A stretch of DNA of 64,000 nt from contig JAVVGF010000002.1 in assembly GCA_032249235.1 (NCBI GenBank), positions 64,001 through 128,000 of the forward strand, written 5' to 3'. Each line of letters opens with the position of its first letter. The stretch's first letter is position 1. The notes below the pieces were generated by a model. It saw only the letters and a program-made list of their open reading frames with translations, was not told the DNA's origin and ran no database searches. Shown in pieces: positions 37,570 through 46,562 of this stretch. This stretch comes from Thermoproteota archaeon. Lineage in GTDB: Archaea; Thermoproteota; Thermoprotei; Gearchaeales; Gearchaeaceae. Position numbers and translations under genes: made by a program.

Positions 37570-38586
37570 ATGTCAGCAAATGAGCGTTTACTTAAGCATT
37601 TGACGGTTGATTATCAGCTCAAATGGCTTCAAAAGATATATGGCAGGAAACAAAAAGACGTAACTAGGACTGTTCCAAAGAAGAAGCAATTGAAAACAAC
37701 AACAGAGTGGCAAAGAAGAGCAATTGACTTCGTTAAAAGAGCTTATAAGGAATTAGGGCAGCCTGTAACAGTTAGGCAAATTCACTATTACTTAGTTGGT
37801 TTAGAACTTCCAGATTATAGAAATGATTTGAAGCACTATAACAAATTAGTAGACTTCATATTGAAAGCAAGAATTGTTGGAGAGCTTGATTGGGGAATGA
37901 TTACTGAAACTGAAAGCTTGATGTATGAGCCAATCATTGCAGGTGTTACAAACATAGATGAAGCTATAAATAAAATCATCGAATCAATGCCTTCAATGGG
38001 TAAAGATCCTTGGGATGAGATAAATAAGTATATTTATGTTTTTACTGAAAAAAGAGAGTTATTTGGGCAAATTAATAGTATATGCGCTAAATATTACGTT
38101 CCTTTGATTAGCTTCAAAGGATATGGTGCAGTATGGACGAGGATAAGCAAAATAGCACCAAAGATAAAAGAAAGATTAGATAAAGGCCAAGAAGTATGGG
38201 CTTTAGTTATTAGCGATCATGATCCTAGCGGACTAGATATTAATAGATTTTACATGGCTTTATTGAAAGTATTTCATCATTTCAACCTGAATGAATTAAG
38301 AGTAGCTTTGACTGCTAAACAAATTGTTGATTATAATTTGCCTCCAAATCCTGCGAAAGAAACTGATCCAAGATTCAAATGGTATAATAAAGAATTTGGA
38401 GATGAAAGCTGGGAGGTAGATGCATTAGTTACTAAAGACATAAAAGAAATGCAGAGACTATTAGAAGAGGCAATTCTGAAAATAATAGGAAATGATATTG
38501 AAAAATTCAACAAAATAATTGAAGAGAACAAAAGATTGGCTGACGAGGTAAGGAATAAGATAAAGGAGAAGATGGGTGGTAGCTAG
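37570..38586 (+). CDS. Spo11/Topo VI-A-like TOPRIM protein (Mini-A-like, phage/MGE type)
   Basis: wH with TVRQIHYYL (candidate catalytic Tyr), KAR..G..DW, TOPRIM VFTEK, KGY, DHDPSG, RVALT..Q...NLP, K..DPR, SWEVDAL. Confidence 0.75.
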   Translation: MSANERLLKHLTVDYQLKWLQKIYGRKQKDVTRTVPKKKQLKTTTEWQRRAIDFVKRAYKELGQPVTVRQIHYYLVGLELPDYRNDLKHYNKLVDFILKARIVGELDWGMITETESLMYEPIIAGVTNIDEAINKIIESMPSMGKDPWDEINKYIYVFTEKRELFGQINSICAKYYVPLISFKGYGAVWTRISKIAPKIKERLDKGQEVWALVISDHDPSGLDINRFYMALLKVFHHFNLNELRVALTAKQIVDYNLPPNPAKETDPRFKWYNKEFGDESWEVDALVTKDIKEMQRLLEEAILKIIGNDIEKFNKIIEENKRLADEVRNKIKEKMGGS

Positions 38587-38638
38587 AGATGAAGATTTAT
38601 ATTGAGTTTTATAGAATAACGCATATTGGTTGGAAAAT

Positions 38639-40846
38639 ATGGTAAGATTCAAACAAACTGAAGAAATAGTCAAGTTGATGACAAATATAGAAAGAGTTAG
38701 AAATATAGGAACTTTAGCTCATGTTGATCATGGTAAAACTACTTTAAGCGATTCTCTACTTTTAGCTGCTGGTCTAATTTCACCTAAAGTTGCTGGGCAA
38801 GCATTGGCATTAGATTATGTTCAAATAGAACAGCTTAGACAAATGACAATAAAGGCTGCAAATGTTAGCCTTTACCATGAATACGAAGGAAAACCATTTG
38901 TAATTAATCTCATAGATACGCCAGGACATATTGACTTTAGTGGTCATGTTACAAGGAGCTTGAGAGCAATGGATGGCAGTATTAATGTTGTAGATGCAGT
39001 TGAAGGTATTATGACCCAAACAGAAACAGTATTAAGACAAGGACTTGAAGAACGTGTTAGACCTCTTCTTTATATAAACAAAATCGATAGACTTATTAAA
39101 GAACTAAGGCTCACTCCTGAGGAGATCCAAAAGAGAATGCTTGATATAATAAAGGAATTCAATGCACTCATTGAGATGTATGCGGATCCTGAATTTAAAA
39201 AAGCTTGGAAAATCGATCCTGCAAAAGGTCAAATGGCTTTCGGAGCTGCTTTACATAAGTGGGGTTTAACGATTCCTTTAGCACAAAAGAAAGGATTGAA
39301 ATTCAGCGATATAATTGAAGCATATAGCAAAGGAAGCGAAGCTGTTGAAGAGCTTGCAAGGACAGCACCTCTTTATGAAGCTATACTTACAATGGTAATA
39401 GAACACGTGCCTCCTCCTAATGTAGCACAAAAGTATAGGATTAAGAAAATTTGGCAAGGAGATTTGAATACTGAGATAGGAAAAGCTCTATTAGAATGTG
39501 ATCCAGACGGACCTACTATAATGGCAGTTACTAAGGTTGTTGAAGACCCGCATGCAGGCTTGGTGACAACAGGAAGAGTATTTAGCGGTAGAATATACAG
39601 CGGACAAGAGGTTTATCTTTTAAGAAGTAAAAGAGTTGAAAGAGCATTACAAGTTGGAATTTACATGGGTCCTTATAGAGAAAATACATATGAAGTACCT
39701 GCGGGAAATATAGCTGCAATTCTAGGCTTAGAACATGCAAGAGCTGGTGAAACTATAGTTGAAAAGAGGATTGCAAATGCAATGGTCCCATTCGAAATAT
39801 TAAAATACATAAGCGAACCTGTCGTTACCATTTCTATTGAACCTAAAAAGACTAGCGATTTGGTCAAGCTTATCGATACATTGCAAAAAATGGCCATTGA
39901 AGATCCTACGTTAAGGTTGAAAATAAACAAGGAAACTGGCGAATATCTAATAAGCGGTATGGGAACATTACATTTAGAAATAGTTCTATGGGATTTGAAA
40001 CAAAGAACTAATATAGATTTCGTAACTAGCAAGCCTTTGGTTATATATAGAGAGAGCATTAGAGAAAAATCGAAACCAGTCGAAACGAAGAGTCCTAATA
40101 GACATAACAGAGTGGTGGTCGCAATAGAACCTCTAAACGAAAAAACTTTAGAATTGCTTGCAGAAGGAAAAGTAACCGAGGATCAAGAATGGAGGGTAAG
40201 AGCGAAAATACTAAGGGAAGAAGCGGGTTGGGATGCTGATGATGCTAGAAATATTTGGGCAATCGACGATAATTTGAACATTTTCGTAGATAATACTAAA
40301 GGTGTCCAATACCTAAAAGAAGTTAAGGATACGCTGATAAACGGTTTTAAATGGACAACTTCTGAAGGGCCTTTATGCCACGAGCCGATAAGAGGTATAC
40401 TCGTTAGATTATTAGATGCAACAATACATGAGGATCCTGTTCACAGAGGGCCTGCTCAGCTAATGCCAGCCTTAAAGAATGCTATATTAGGAGCCTTCAT
40501 GATATCTAGACCAGTTCTTTTAGAACCAATATACAAAATTGAAGTTAAAGTGAGTCAAGAATATATGGGAAACGTTTTGAAAATAATCACTACGAAGAGA
40601 GGAAAAATAAACATGCTTGAACAACAAGGAAATCTCGCTATAGTAAAAGGTGAAATTCCTGTTGCTGAAACTACAGAACTTGCTGATGAAATGAGAAATG
40701 CAACAGCAGGAAAAGCGTTCTGGGCTACAGAATTCTTGAAATGGCAACCTGTACCTGAAAGTATGGCTATGGATATAATTATGAAAATAAGAGAAAGGAA
40801 AGGATTAAAACTCGAGCTTCCTAGATACGAAGATTTCGTAGAGTAG
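38639..40846 (+). CDS. fusA: Translation elongation factor 2
   Basis: AHVDHGKTT, DTPGH, NKID, diphthamide loop HEDPVHRGPAQ; ATG at 38639 preferred over TTG at 38630. Confidence 0.98.
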   Translation: MVRFKQTEEIVKLMTNIERVRNIGTLAHVDHGKTTLSDSLLLAAGLISPKVAGQALALDYVQIEQLRQMTIKAANVSLYHEYEGKPFVINLIDTPGHIDFSGHVTRSLRAMDGSINVVDAVEGIMTQTETVLRQGLEERVRPLLYINKIDRLIKELRLTPEEIQKRMLDIIKEFNALIEMYADPEFKKAWKIDPAKGQMAFGAALHKWGLTIPLAQKKGLKFSDIIEAYSKGSEAVEELARTAPLYEAILTMVIEHVPPPNVAQKYRIKKIWQGDLNTEIGKALLECDPDGPTIMAVTKVVEDPHAGLVTTGRVFSGRIYSGQEVYLLRSKRVERALQVGIYMGPYRENTYEVPAGNIAAILGLEHARAGETIVEKRIANAMVPFEILKYISEPVVTISIEPKKTSDLVKLIDTLQKMAIEDPTLRLKINKETGEYLISGMGTLHLEIVLWDLKQRTNIDFVTSKPLVIYRESIREKSKPVETKSPNRHNRVVVAIEPLNEKTLELLAEGKVTEDQEWRVRAKILREEAGWDADDARNIWAIDDNLNIFVDNTKGVQYLKEVKDTLINGFKWTTSEGPLCHEPIRGILVRLLDATIHEDPVHRGPAQLMPALKNAILGAFMISRPVLLEPIYKIEVKVSQEYMGNVLKIITTKRGKINMLEQQGNLAIVKGEIPVAETTELADEMRNATAGKAFWATEFLKWQPVPESMAMDIIMKIRERKGLKLELPRYEDFVE

Positions 40847-40932
40847 TAACATTTGATCTTTTAATTTAGATTCGATTTTTTAGCTAAGATTTTAGCTATT
40901 CTACAATATAATCGAAAAATAATGCACAAAAT

Positions 40933-40945
40933 TAAAACTTAAAAG
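40933..40945 (+). promoter_or_regulatory. BRE/TATA element for tRNA-Gly
   Basis: TAAAA-CTTAAAAG ending about 26 bp upstream of the tRNA 5' end. Confidence 0.5.
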
Positions 40946-40970
40946 AAATAACATCTCATTAATTTTTTGG

Positions 40971-41041
40971 GCGACCGTAGTCTAGCGGTAGGATATCGGC
41001 TTCCCGAGCCGAGGACCCGGGTTCAAATCCCGGCGGTCGCA
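40971..41041 (+). tRNA. tRNA-Gly (anticodon CCC)
   Basis: GCGACCG...TCGGC-TT-CCC-GA-GCCGA...GGTTCAAATCC...CGGTCGC-A. Confidence 0.96.
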
Positions 41042-41077
41042 TAAAATTTATTTAATATTAAGTGGGAAAGAGAAATT

Positions 41078-41590
41078 ATGCCCAATGTTATACTCTGCAA
41101 TGACGAAGGTAAACCATTAGGTGAAACAAGCGTTGAAGATGCTCATAGCGGAGAAGGAAAAAGACATTTAGCTTTCGTCTTAATAATAGAGAAAGATAAT
41201 AAAATCTTAGTTCAAAAGAGGGCAAAAAACAAAAGATTTCCAGGCTATTGGGAATTGCCTGCAAGTCATCTATTCGTGGGAGAAACTTGGCAAGAAGCAT
41301 TGAAAAGAACTTTAAAAAGAGAACTAGGAATAGATGGAGTGAATGAATTTCAAAAATTATTCCATTTTACGTATGAGTTTAAAGGTGAAAGGGAACAAGA
41401 TGTTGAGAATGAATTTTGTGTAGTATTTAAATGTAAGTACGAAGGAGAAATTAAACTTAATAAAGAGGAAGCTGAAGAATATAGATTCTTAGACATTGAT
41501 GAGATAGAAAAAAGTTTAGCGAATGAAAAGATTTCACCTTGGCTTAAAATACCATTAGATATTCTAAGAAAAAAGAATTTAATTAGTTAA
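41078..41590 (+). CDS. idi: Type 1 isopentenyl-diphosphate isomerase-like Nudix-fold protein
   Basis: AH...G.RH.AF, L.Q.R...K..PG.W, SH, ELG, F.Y, ENEFC.VF, N.EE, SPW. Confidence 0.7.
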   Translation: MPNVILCNDEGKPLGETSVEDAHSGEGKRHLAFVLIIEKDNKILVQKRAKNKRFPGYWELPASHLFVGETWQEALKRTLKRELGIDGVNEFQKLFHFTYEFKGEREQDVENEFCVVFKCKYEGEIKLNKEEAEEYRFLDIDEIEKSLANEKISPWLKIPLDILRKKNLIS

Positions 41591-42351
41591 TGGAAGAAAA
41601 GCGTGTAGCGATAATAACTGGCGCTTCTAAAGGAATAGGTAAAGCGACCGCATATGAAATAGCTAAAAACGGTATTAATGTAAGTTTAATTGCGAGAAGT
41701 TTTTCGAAAATTAAGAAGATCTCAAAGGATATAAACGATAAATATAATGTAGAAACTATTGCAATCAAAACAGACGTTGGAAATAGTAGCGAAGTAAAAA
41801 AGGCGGTTGAGGAAGTTATTAAGAAGTTTGGAAGAATAGACTATTTAATAAATTTTGCTGGTTATCCTTTAGTAATTGAGCTATGGAAAAAGAAAATACA
41901 TGAGCTAGATGAGGATTCGATTTTAAAAATATTCAACGTTGATTTTATGGGATCTTTCAGGATGGTAAGAGAATGTTTGCCTCATATGATAAATCAAAGG
42001 TATGGTGTAATTATTAATATATCATCCATTCCTAGCTTATCGGGTGATGTGGAAGGAGCCGCATATACTTTTTCCAAAAGTGCTGTAATAGCTCTTACAA
42101 AGAATATTGCGAGAACTTACGGAATTTATAATATAAGAGCTTACACGATCGCCTTAGGAAGCATTATGACATATGGAACATATAATCAACTTTCTAAATC
42201 AGAAAGAAAGATACTAGCAGAAGAAACTTCTTTGAAAAGATGGGGGAGACCTGAGGAAATAGCTAAATTGGTTTGTAGTCTTATAAGCGATAGCTTTTCC
42301 TTCGTCACAGGTCAAACAATAATCGCAGATGGAGGCGTAATAATTTATTGA
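41590..42351 (+). CDS. Short-chain dehydrogenase/reductase (FabG-like)
   Basis: TGASKGIG, NFAG, NISS, YTFSK, GRPEE, TGQ...DGG. Confidence 0.92.
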   Translation: MEEKRVAIITGASKGIGKATAYEIAKNGINVSLIARSFSKIKKISKDINDKYNVETIAIKTDVGNSSEVKKAVEEVIKKFGRIDYLINFAGYPLVIELWKKKIHELDEDSILKIFNVDFMGSFRMVRECLPHMINQRYGVIINISSIPSLSGDVEGAAYTFSKSAVIALTKNIARTYGIYNIRAYTIALGSIMTYGTYNQLSKSERKILAEETSLKRWGRPEEIAKLVCSLISDSFSFVTGQTIIADGGVIIY

Positions 42352-42371
42352 GTTTAAATCATTTCTAAGAT

Positions 42372-42839
42372 ATGATAGATGAAAGATCTGCTGGAGCGAT
42401 CATATTCAAAATAGAAAATAAAAAGCCCTACTACCTATTATTAAAAGGAAAGTATAAAAGTGAATATTGGGAATTTCCCAAAGGTTTGATAGAAAAAGAT
42501 GAAGAGCCTAAACAAACTGCACTAAGAGAAATTAAGGAGGAGACTGGATTAGAAGATATAGAATTAATAGATGGATATAACGAAAAAGTCACTTATTTTT
42601 ATAGGAAAGGAAAGGAGATTGTTCATAAAGAGGTCATTCTTTTGCTTGCTAAAACAAAGAATGAAAATGTAAAAATTTCTTATGAACATGCAAACTATAA
42701 ATGGGCTGATTTTGAAGAAGCAAGAAAGTTGTTGAGAGAAAATTTAAGGAGAGCTTTGGAAAAAGCCCATAAATTCATCTTAGAACGTTTTTTGACGCAA
42801 AGAAATCTTTTAGATTTCAGTGCCCCCAGCGGGATTTGA
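42372..42839 (+). CDS. Nudix hydrolase, Ap4A hydrolase-like
   Basis: SAGAIIF, WEFPKG.IE..E...TALREIKEETG Nudix box, SYEH..Y.W. Confidence 0.9.
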   Translation: MIDERSAGAIIFKIENKKPYYLLLKGKYKSEYWEFPKGLIEKDEEPKQTALREIKEETGLEDIELIDGYNEKVTYFYRKGKEIVHKEVILLLAKTKNENVKISYEHANYKWADFEEARKLLRENLRRALEKAHKFILERFLTQRNLLDFSAPSGI

Positions 42840-42896
42840 ACCCGCGATCCCTGGCTCGAAAGGCCAGTATTCTTATCCGGGCTAAACTATGGGGGC
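42821..42896 (-). tRNA. tRNA-Glu (anticodon TTC)
   Basis: Reverse complement GCCCCCA...CTGGC-CT-TTC-GA-GCCAG...GGTTCAAATCC...TGGGGGC-A. Confidence 0.96.
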
Positions 42897-42950
42897 GCGA
42901 TATGGTGTTCAGTCACTCTCATTTTGCAGATGATTTGCCTACCTATTATT

Positions 42951-42978
42951 ATCTTTTAAAGAAGTAGCTTTAAAAGAT
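42951..42978. promoter_or_regulatory. Perfect 11-bp inverted repeat containing back-to-back TATA boxes between divergent tRNA-Glu genes
   Basis: ATCTTTTAAAG-aagtag-CTTTAAAAGAT. Confidence 0.65.
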
Positions 42979-43003
42979 TTTTTTAATAAGTATTTTCTTG
43001 GAT

Positions 43004-43079
43004 GCCTCGGTAGTTTAGTCCGGATAAGAATACCGGCCTCTCAAGCCGGGGATCGCGGGTTCAAATCCCGCCCGAGGCA
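43004..43079 (+). tRNA. tRNA-Glu (anticodon CTC)
   Basis: GCCTCGG...CCGGC-CT-CTC-AA-GCCGG...GGTTCAAATCC...CCGAGGC-A. Confidence 0.96.
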
Positions 43080-43114
43080 TAAAATAAATAAGCTTAAGCA
43101 TAATGTGAAATCAT

Positions 43115-43501
43115 ATGGTACAAAAACACTCCAACGATCTAGTTAAGCCAACAGGAGGAAAAAAAGGAAGTAGTAGAAAGACTAGAAGATACGAATTAGG
43201 TAGCGAACCAACTCTTACAATTTTATCAAAAGAAGATTTTAGAGTAAGAGAAAGAGTTTACGGTAGAAACTATAAAATTAGACTTAAAGAAGCAAGATTC
43301 GCTAATGTAGCAGATCCTAAGTCTAACAAAGTACAAAAGGCTGAAATTCTAGCAGTAATAAGCAACCCAACAAATGCAGAATTTGATAAGAGAAAGATAA
43401 TTACTAAAGGTGCTATAATAAAGACTAGTATTGGAGAGGCTGTGATAACTTCTAGACCTGGTCAGGATGGTATAATAAATGCAAAGTTATTGATTAAGTG
43501 A
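43115..43501 (+). CDS. rps8e: 30S ribosomal protein S8e
   Basis: KPTGG, R.YELG.EP, ANV.DP, IITKGAII.T..G.A.ITSRPGQDG.INA. Confidence 0.97.
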   Translation: MVQKHSNDLVKPTGGKKGSSRKTRRYELGSEPTLTILSKEDFRVRERVYGRNYKIRLKEARFANVADPKSNKVQKAEILAVISNPTNAEFDKRKIITKGAIIKTSIGEAVITSRPGQDGIINAKLLIK

Positions 43502-43809
43502 AAGTAAGAGATTTCATAATTATATGGCCTGTTTATCTTGAAGCAAGCATTTCTAGGAAGGAAGGTAGAAGGGTTCCTTTAAAGATTGCAATAGAAAAAG
43601 TAAGGATAGAAGAAATAGCACTTGCTGCCTCTCAACTTAACTATAAAGCAGAAATTATTCCAGATAAAGCTTATCCGCGTTGCTGGTGGATCAAAGGTTG
43701 TGTAAAATTATATCCTAAAAAAGAGAAGAAGAATGATTTGCTTAAAAAAATAGCCATTAGAATTAAAGAAAATAGAAGCAAAAGTATCCTTAGCCATTCC
43801 TTTAGATAA
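43498..43809 (+). CDS. srp19: Signal recognition particle protein Srp19
   Basis: IIWPVYL....SR.EGRRVP, KAYPR.W. Confidence 0.94.
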   Translation: MKVRDFIIIWPVYLEASISRKEGRRVPLKIAIEKVRIEEIALAASQLNYKAEIIPDKAYPRCWWIKGCVKLYPKKEKKNDLLKKIAIRIKENRSKSILSHSFR

Positions 43810-43988
43810 CGTTTTTTATACCCTAAACATTCTTTAGCAAAAGAATCTCGAAATTTCTTAAGATATTATAAAAGAGTACATCTTTTAATTTCTCAAAATC
43901 GCACCATTAAAACAATATATTGAAGCCATGCATCATAAAATCGAAAGCCTTAAATACTTATATTACAATGGAAATTTGCGGTCTTCTA

Positions 43989-44213
43989 ATGAAACGACTC
44001 GGTTTCGTGTCCCACATATCAAAAAGAGGGAGATTAATAGTCAAGGCAGAAACTATACCTAAACTATTCAGCGAGGTTTATGATAAAGAGCAAAAGCCTA
44101 TAGGAAAGGTAATCGATATCTTAGGACCTGTCAGCTCACCTTTTGTAGCAGTTAAGCCTTATGATAAAGCTGATTTGGAAAAATTTAAAGAAGCAGAGCT
44201 TTTCTTGAAATGA
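43989..44213 (+). CDS. gar1: H/ACA RNP subunit Gar1
   Basis: MKRLG.V.H, IGKVIDILGPVSSPFVAVKP; ATG at 43989 preferred; lies just upstream of tfb. Confidence 0.9.
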   Translation: MKRLGFVSHISKRGRLIVKAETIPKLFSEVYDKEQKPIGKVIDILGPVSSPFVAVKPYDKADLEKFKEAELFLK

Positions 44214-45133
44214 CAACATTTGATTATTCTGTTCGCACATGCGATCTTTGTGGTTCTAGTGATATCATTATAAATAAGGATGAAGGTTCCCTTGTTTGTA
44301 AACAATGCGGGAATGTAATAAAACAAAACATGATAGACCTAGGTAGAGAATGGAGAATCTTCTTTGGAGATAGTGATGATGTAGGTACGAGAACTGGTGC
44401 ACCTATTAAATTTGCTATCCATGATAAAGGTATAACTACTGATGTAAAGCTGGTTTCAAAAGATAAATCTAATAGAGTAGCTTTAGAAAGAGCATTGCTT
44501 TTTTCAAAATATCAAAAGAGAATAAGAGTGAGCAATTCGAATGAGAGGAACATGTATATAGCATTCATAATGTTAGATGAAATTTCGAAGAAATTAAACT
44601 TGCCTGAAAGAGTTAGGGAAACAGCGGCATTCATATATAGAAAAGCTATTAGCTCAATGAATAGTAAAGGTAAATCAATTAAAGGACTTTTAGCAGTCTC
44701 AATATATGCTGCATCAAAAATATGCGATTACCCTGTTGGACTTAAGAATATATTGGAAACATTCAATGTAAAAAGCAGGACGTTCTCTAAGTATTATCAA
44801 ATAGTTACAGAATTCTTGCCGAAAGAGACAAATGCTAAAATGAAAACAAATACAAGCATTAATCACATACCCGATATTGTCAGGAAACTAGGTTTAGGAA
44901 GTGAAGTTGAGGTCACATCTAAGAATATTTTAGAAAAAGCTTTGTCAAGTGGATTCATAGCAGGAAAGTCACCATTAAGCCTTGCTGCTGCAGCAGTTTA
45001 TATTGCATGCTCTTTAACTGATAACAAAAGAACGCAAAGACAGATTGCAGAAGCTACAGGTGTAACTGAAGTTACAATTAGAAATAGAAGCAAAGAACTT
45101 ATTAGAAGCTTAGACATTAATATAGAGTTGTGA
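44210..45133 (+). CDS. tfb: Transcription initiation factor IIB
   Basis: Zn ribbon CDLC...CKQCG, EWR.F, RTGAP, HDKG, GKSP..LAAAA.Y, TEVTIRNR.KE. Confidence 0.96.
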   Translation: MTTFDYSVRTCDLCGSSDIIINKDEGSLVCKQCGNVIKQNMIDLGREWRIFFGDSDDVGTRTGAPIKFAIHDKGITTDVKLVSKDKSNRVALERALLFSKYQKRIRVSNSNERNMYIAFIMLDEISKKLNLPERVRETAAFIYRKAISSMNSKGKSIKGLLAVSIYAASKICDYPVGLKNILETFNVKSRTFSKYYQIVTEFLPKETNAKMKTNTSINHIPDIVRKLGLGSEVEVTSKNILEKALSSGFIAGKSPLSLAAAAVYIACSLTDNKRTQRQIAEATGVTEVTIRNRSKELIRSLDINIEL

Positions 45134-45489
45134 AAAAGAAGATTAACAAGGAAGAACTCAAACAAAAGATTTTAGAAACTATTAGAAAAAGGAAAGAAGG
45201 AATAAGGAGAAAAGATCTATGGAAGACTTCGAAAATTAAAAGTGAAATAGGTACTAAAGCTCTTCTGGAATTGATAAAAAATGGTAAGATAATACAAACT
45301 GAAGAATACATTGATGGAAAAAAGGTTCAATATTTGAGATTACCAATGAAAAAGCTTAAAATGATACCGATTGAATCCGTAAAAGATCTACCATGCATAC
45401 CTTGTAATGATTATGGATTTTGTAGCGAAACGGGTAATCTAACACCTATAAATTGCAAGAAATTAGATGAATGGCTTGAATATAGCTAA
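45130..45489 (+). CDS. tfeB: TFE beta subunit (Rpc34/hRPC39-like; wH plus Fe-S Cys cluster)
   Basis: N-terminal wH, C-terminal PCIPC...C.....P..C..L..W; directly downstream of tfb. Confidence 0.82.
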   Translation: MKKKINKEELKQKILETIRKRKEGIRRKDLWKTSKIKSEIGTKALLELIKNGKIIQTEEYIDGKKVQYLRLPMKKLKMIPIESVKDLPCIPCNDYGFCSETGNLTPINCKKLDEWLEYS

Positions 45490-46562
45490 TGGATATAGAA
45501 ACGAAAATAGATTTAATAAAAAGGCCGCCAACTGAGGAAATAATTCAAGAAGATGATTTAAGGGAACTTTTATCCACAAACGATAAACCCTCTCATTATA
45601 TAGGTTTTGAAATATCTGGATTATTGCATTTAGGCACACTCATAATTTGTGGAGATAAAATAAACGATTTATGTGAGGCTGGTATTAACTGCACTGTTTA
45701 TTTAGCTGATTGGCACAGCTTTATAAATAAAAAATTAGGAGGAAATTGGGATAGTATAATCAAAGCTTCAAAATATTATGAAAAAGCCTTTAGATTTTAT
45801 TGCCCAAAGGCTAATATTCTTCTAGGTAGTAAGTTCTACGAAGGTAATGATGAATATTGGAAAGACGTGATGAGATTTGCTTCACAAATAACTTATGCGA
45901 GAACTGTTAGGACATTAACTATAATGGGAAGAAGTGAGAAAGAAGAACTTTCAATGGCTCAATACTTCTATCCAATAATGCAAGCTGTAGATGTAAAGCA
46001 TATAGGAAAAGATATTGCTCATGGTGGAATGGATCAGAGAAAAATACATGTGCTATGCAGAGAGGTTTTTCCGAAACTAGGATGGAAGAAACCAATAGCT
46101 ATTCATCATCATCTTTTACCAGGTCTAGCAGAACCACCTAAAATCAATACAAAAGACAAAATGGAAATGGTCGTAGCTGTAAAAATGAGCAAATCTAAGC
46201 CTTGGACTGCGATTTATATACACGATAGTGAAGAAGAAATAAGAAAGAAATTAAGAAAAGCTTGGTGCCCTGAAAGGCAAGTTGAAATGAATCCAGTATT
46301 GGAGATAGCTAAATACATTGTATTCAGAAGAAAAGAAAGCCTAATTATAGAAAGAGAGAGCAAGTATGGAGGAACTATCGAAATTAACTCTTATAAAGAA
46401 TTAGAAGAAAAGTACTCTAAGGGGGAAATTCATCCTTTAGATCTAAAGGAAGCAATTGCTAGAGAGTTAAATTTAATTCTTGAACCAATAAGGAAGTATT
46501 TTGAAATACCTGAAAATAAGGAACTAGTAGATACGATCAAAAAATTTGAAATAACTAGGTAG
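45489..46562 (+). CDS. tyrS: Tyrosine--tRNA ligase
   Basis: YIGFEISG..HLG, LADWH, YP.MQ..D, GG.DQRK, KMSKS. Confidence 0.96.
   Translation: MDIETKIDLIKRPPTEEIIQEDDLRELLSTNDKPSHYIGFEISGLLHLGTLIICGDKINDLCEAGINCTVYLADWHSFINKKLGGNWDSIIKASKYYEKAFRFYCPKANILLGSKFYEGNDEYWKDVMRFASQITYARTVRTLTIMGRSEKEELSMAQYFYPIMQAVDVKHIGKDIAHGGMDQRKIHVLCREVFPKLGWKKPIAIHHHLLPGLAEPPKINTKDKMEMVVAVKMSKSKPWTAIYIHDSEEEIRKKLRKAWCPERQVEMNPVLEIAKYIVFRRKESLIIERESKYGGTIEINSYKELEEKYSKGEIHPLDLKEAIARELNLILEPIRKYFEIPENKELVDTIKKFEITR

Noticed and set aside
40971-42896. idi-SDR-Nudix block flanked by tRNAs as an integrated element
   Set aside because: No integrase, no duplicated tRNA 3' end (att site), and housekeeping-type cargo.
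42897-42950. Possible C/D-box sRNA in the tRNA-Glu(TTC) leader
   Set aside because: A CTGA is present on the minus strand, but there is no properly spaced RTGATGA C box or C'/D' pair.
43810-43988. Gap between srp19 and gar1 as a decayed gene or a Gar1 N-terminal extension
   Set aside because: All minus frames contain several stops with no recognisable family; the TTG-started extension of Gar1 covers a likely TATA (CCTTAAATA) and does not look protein-like.
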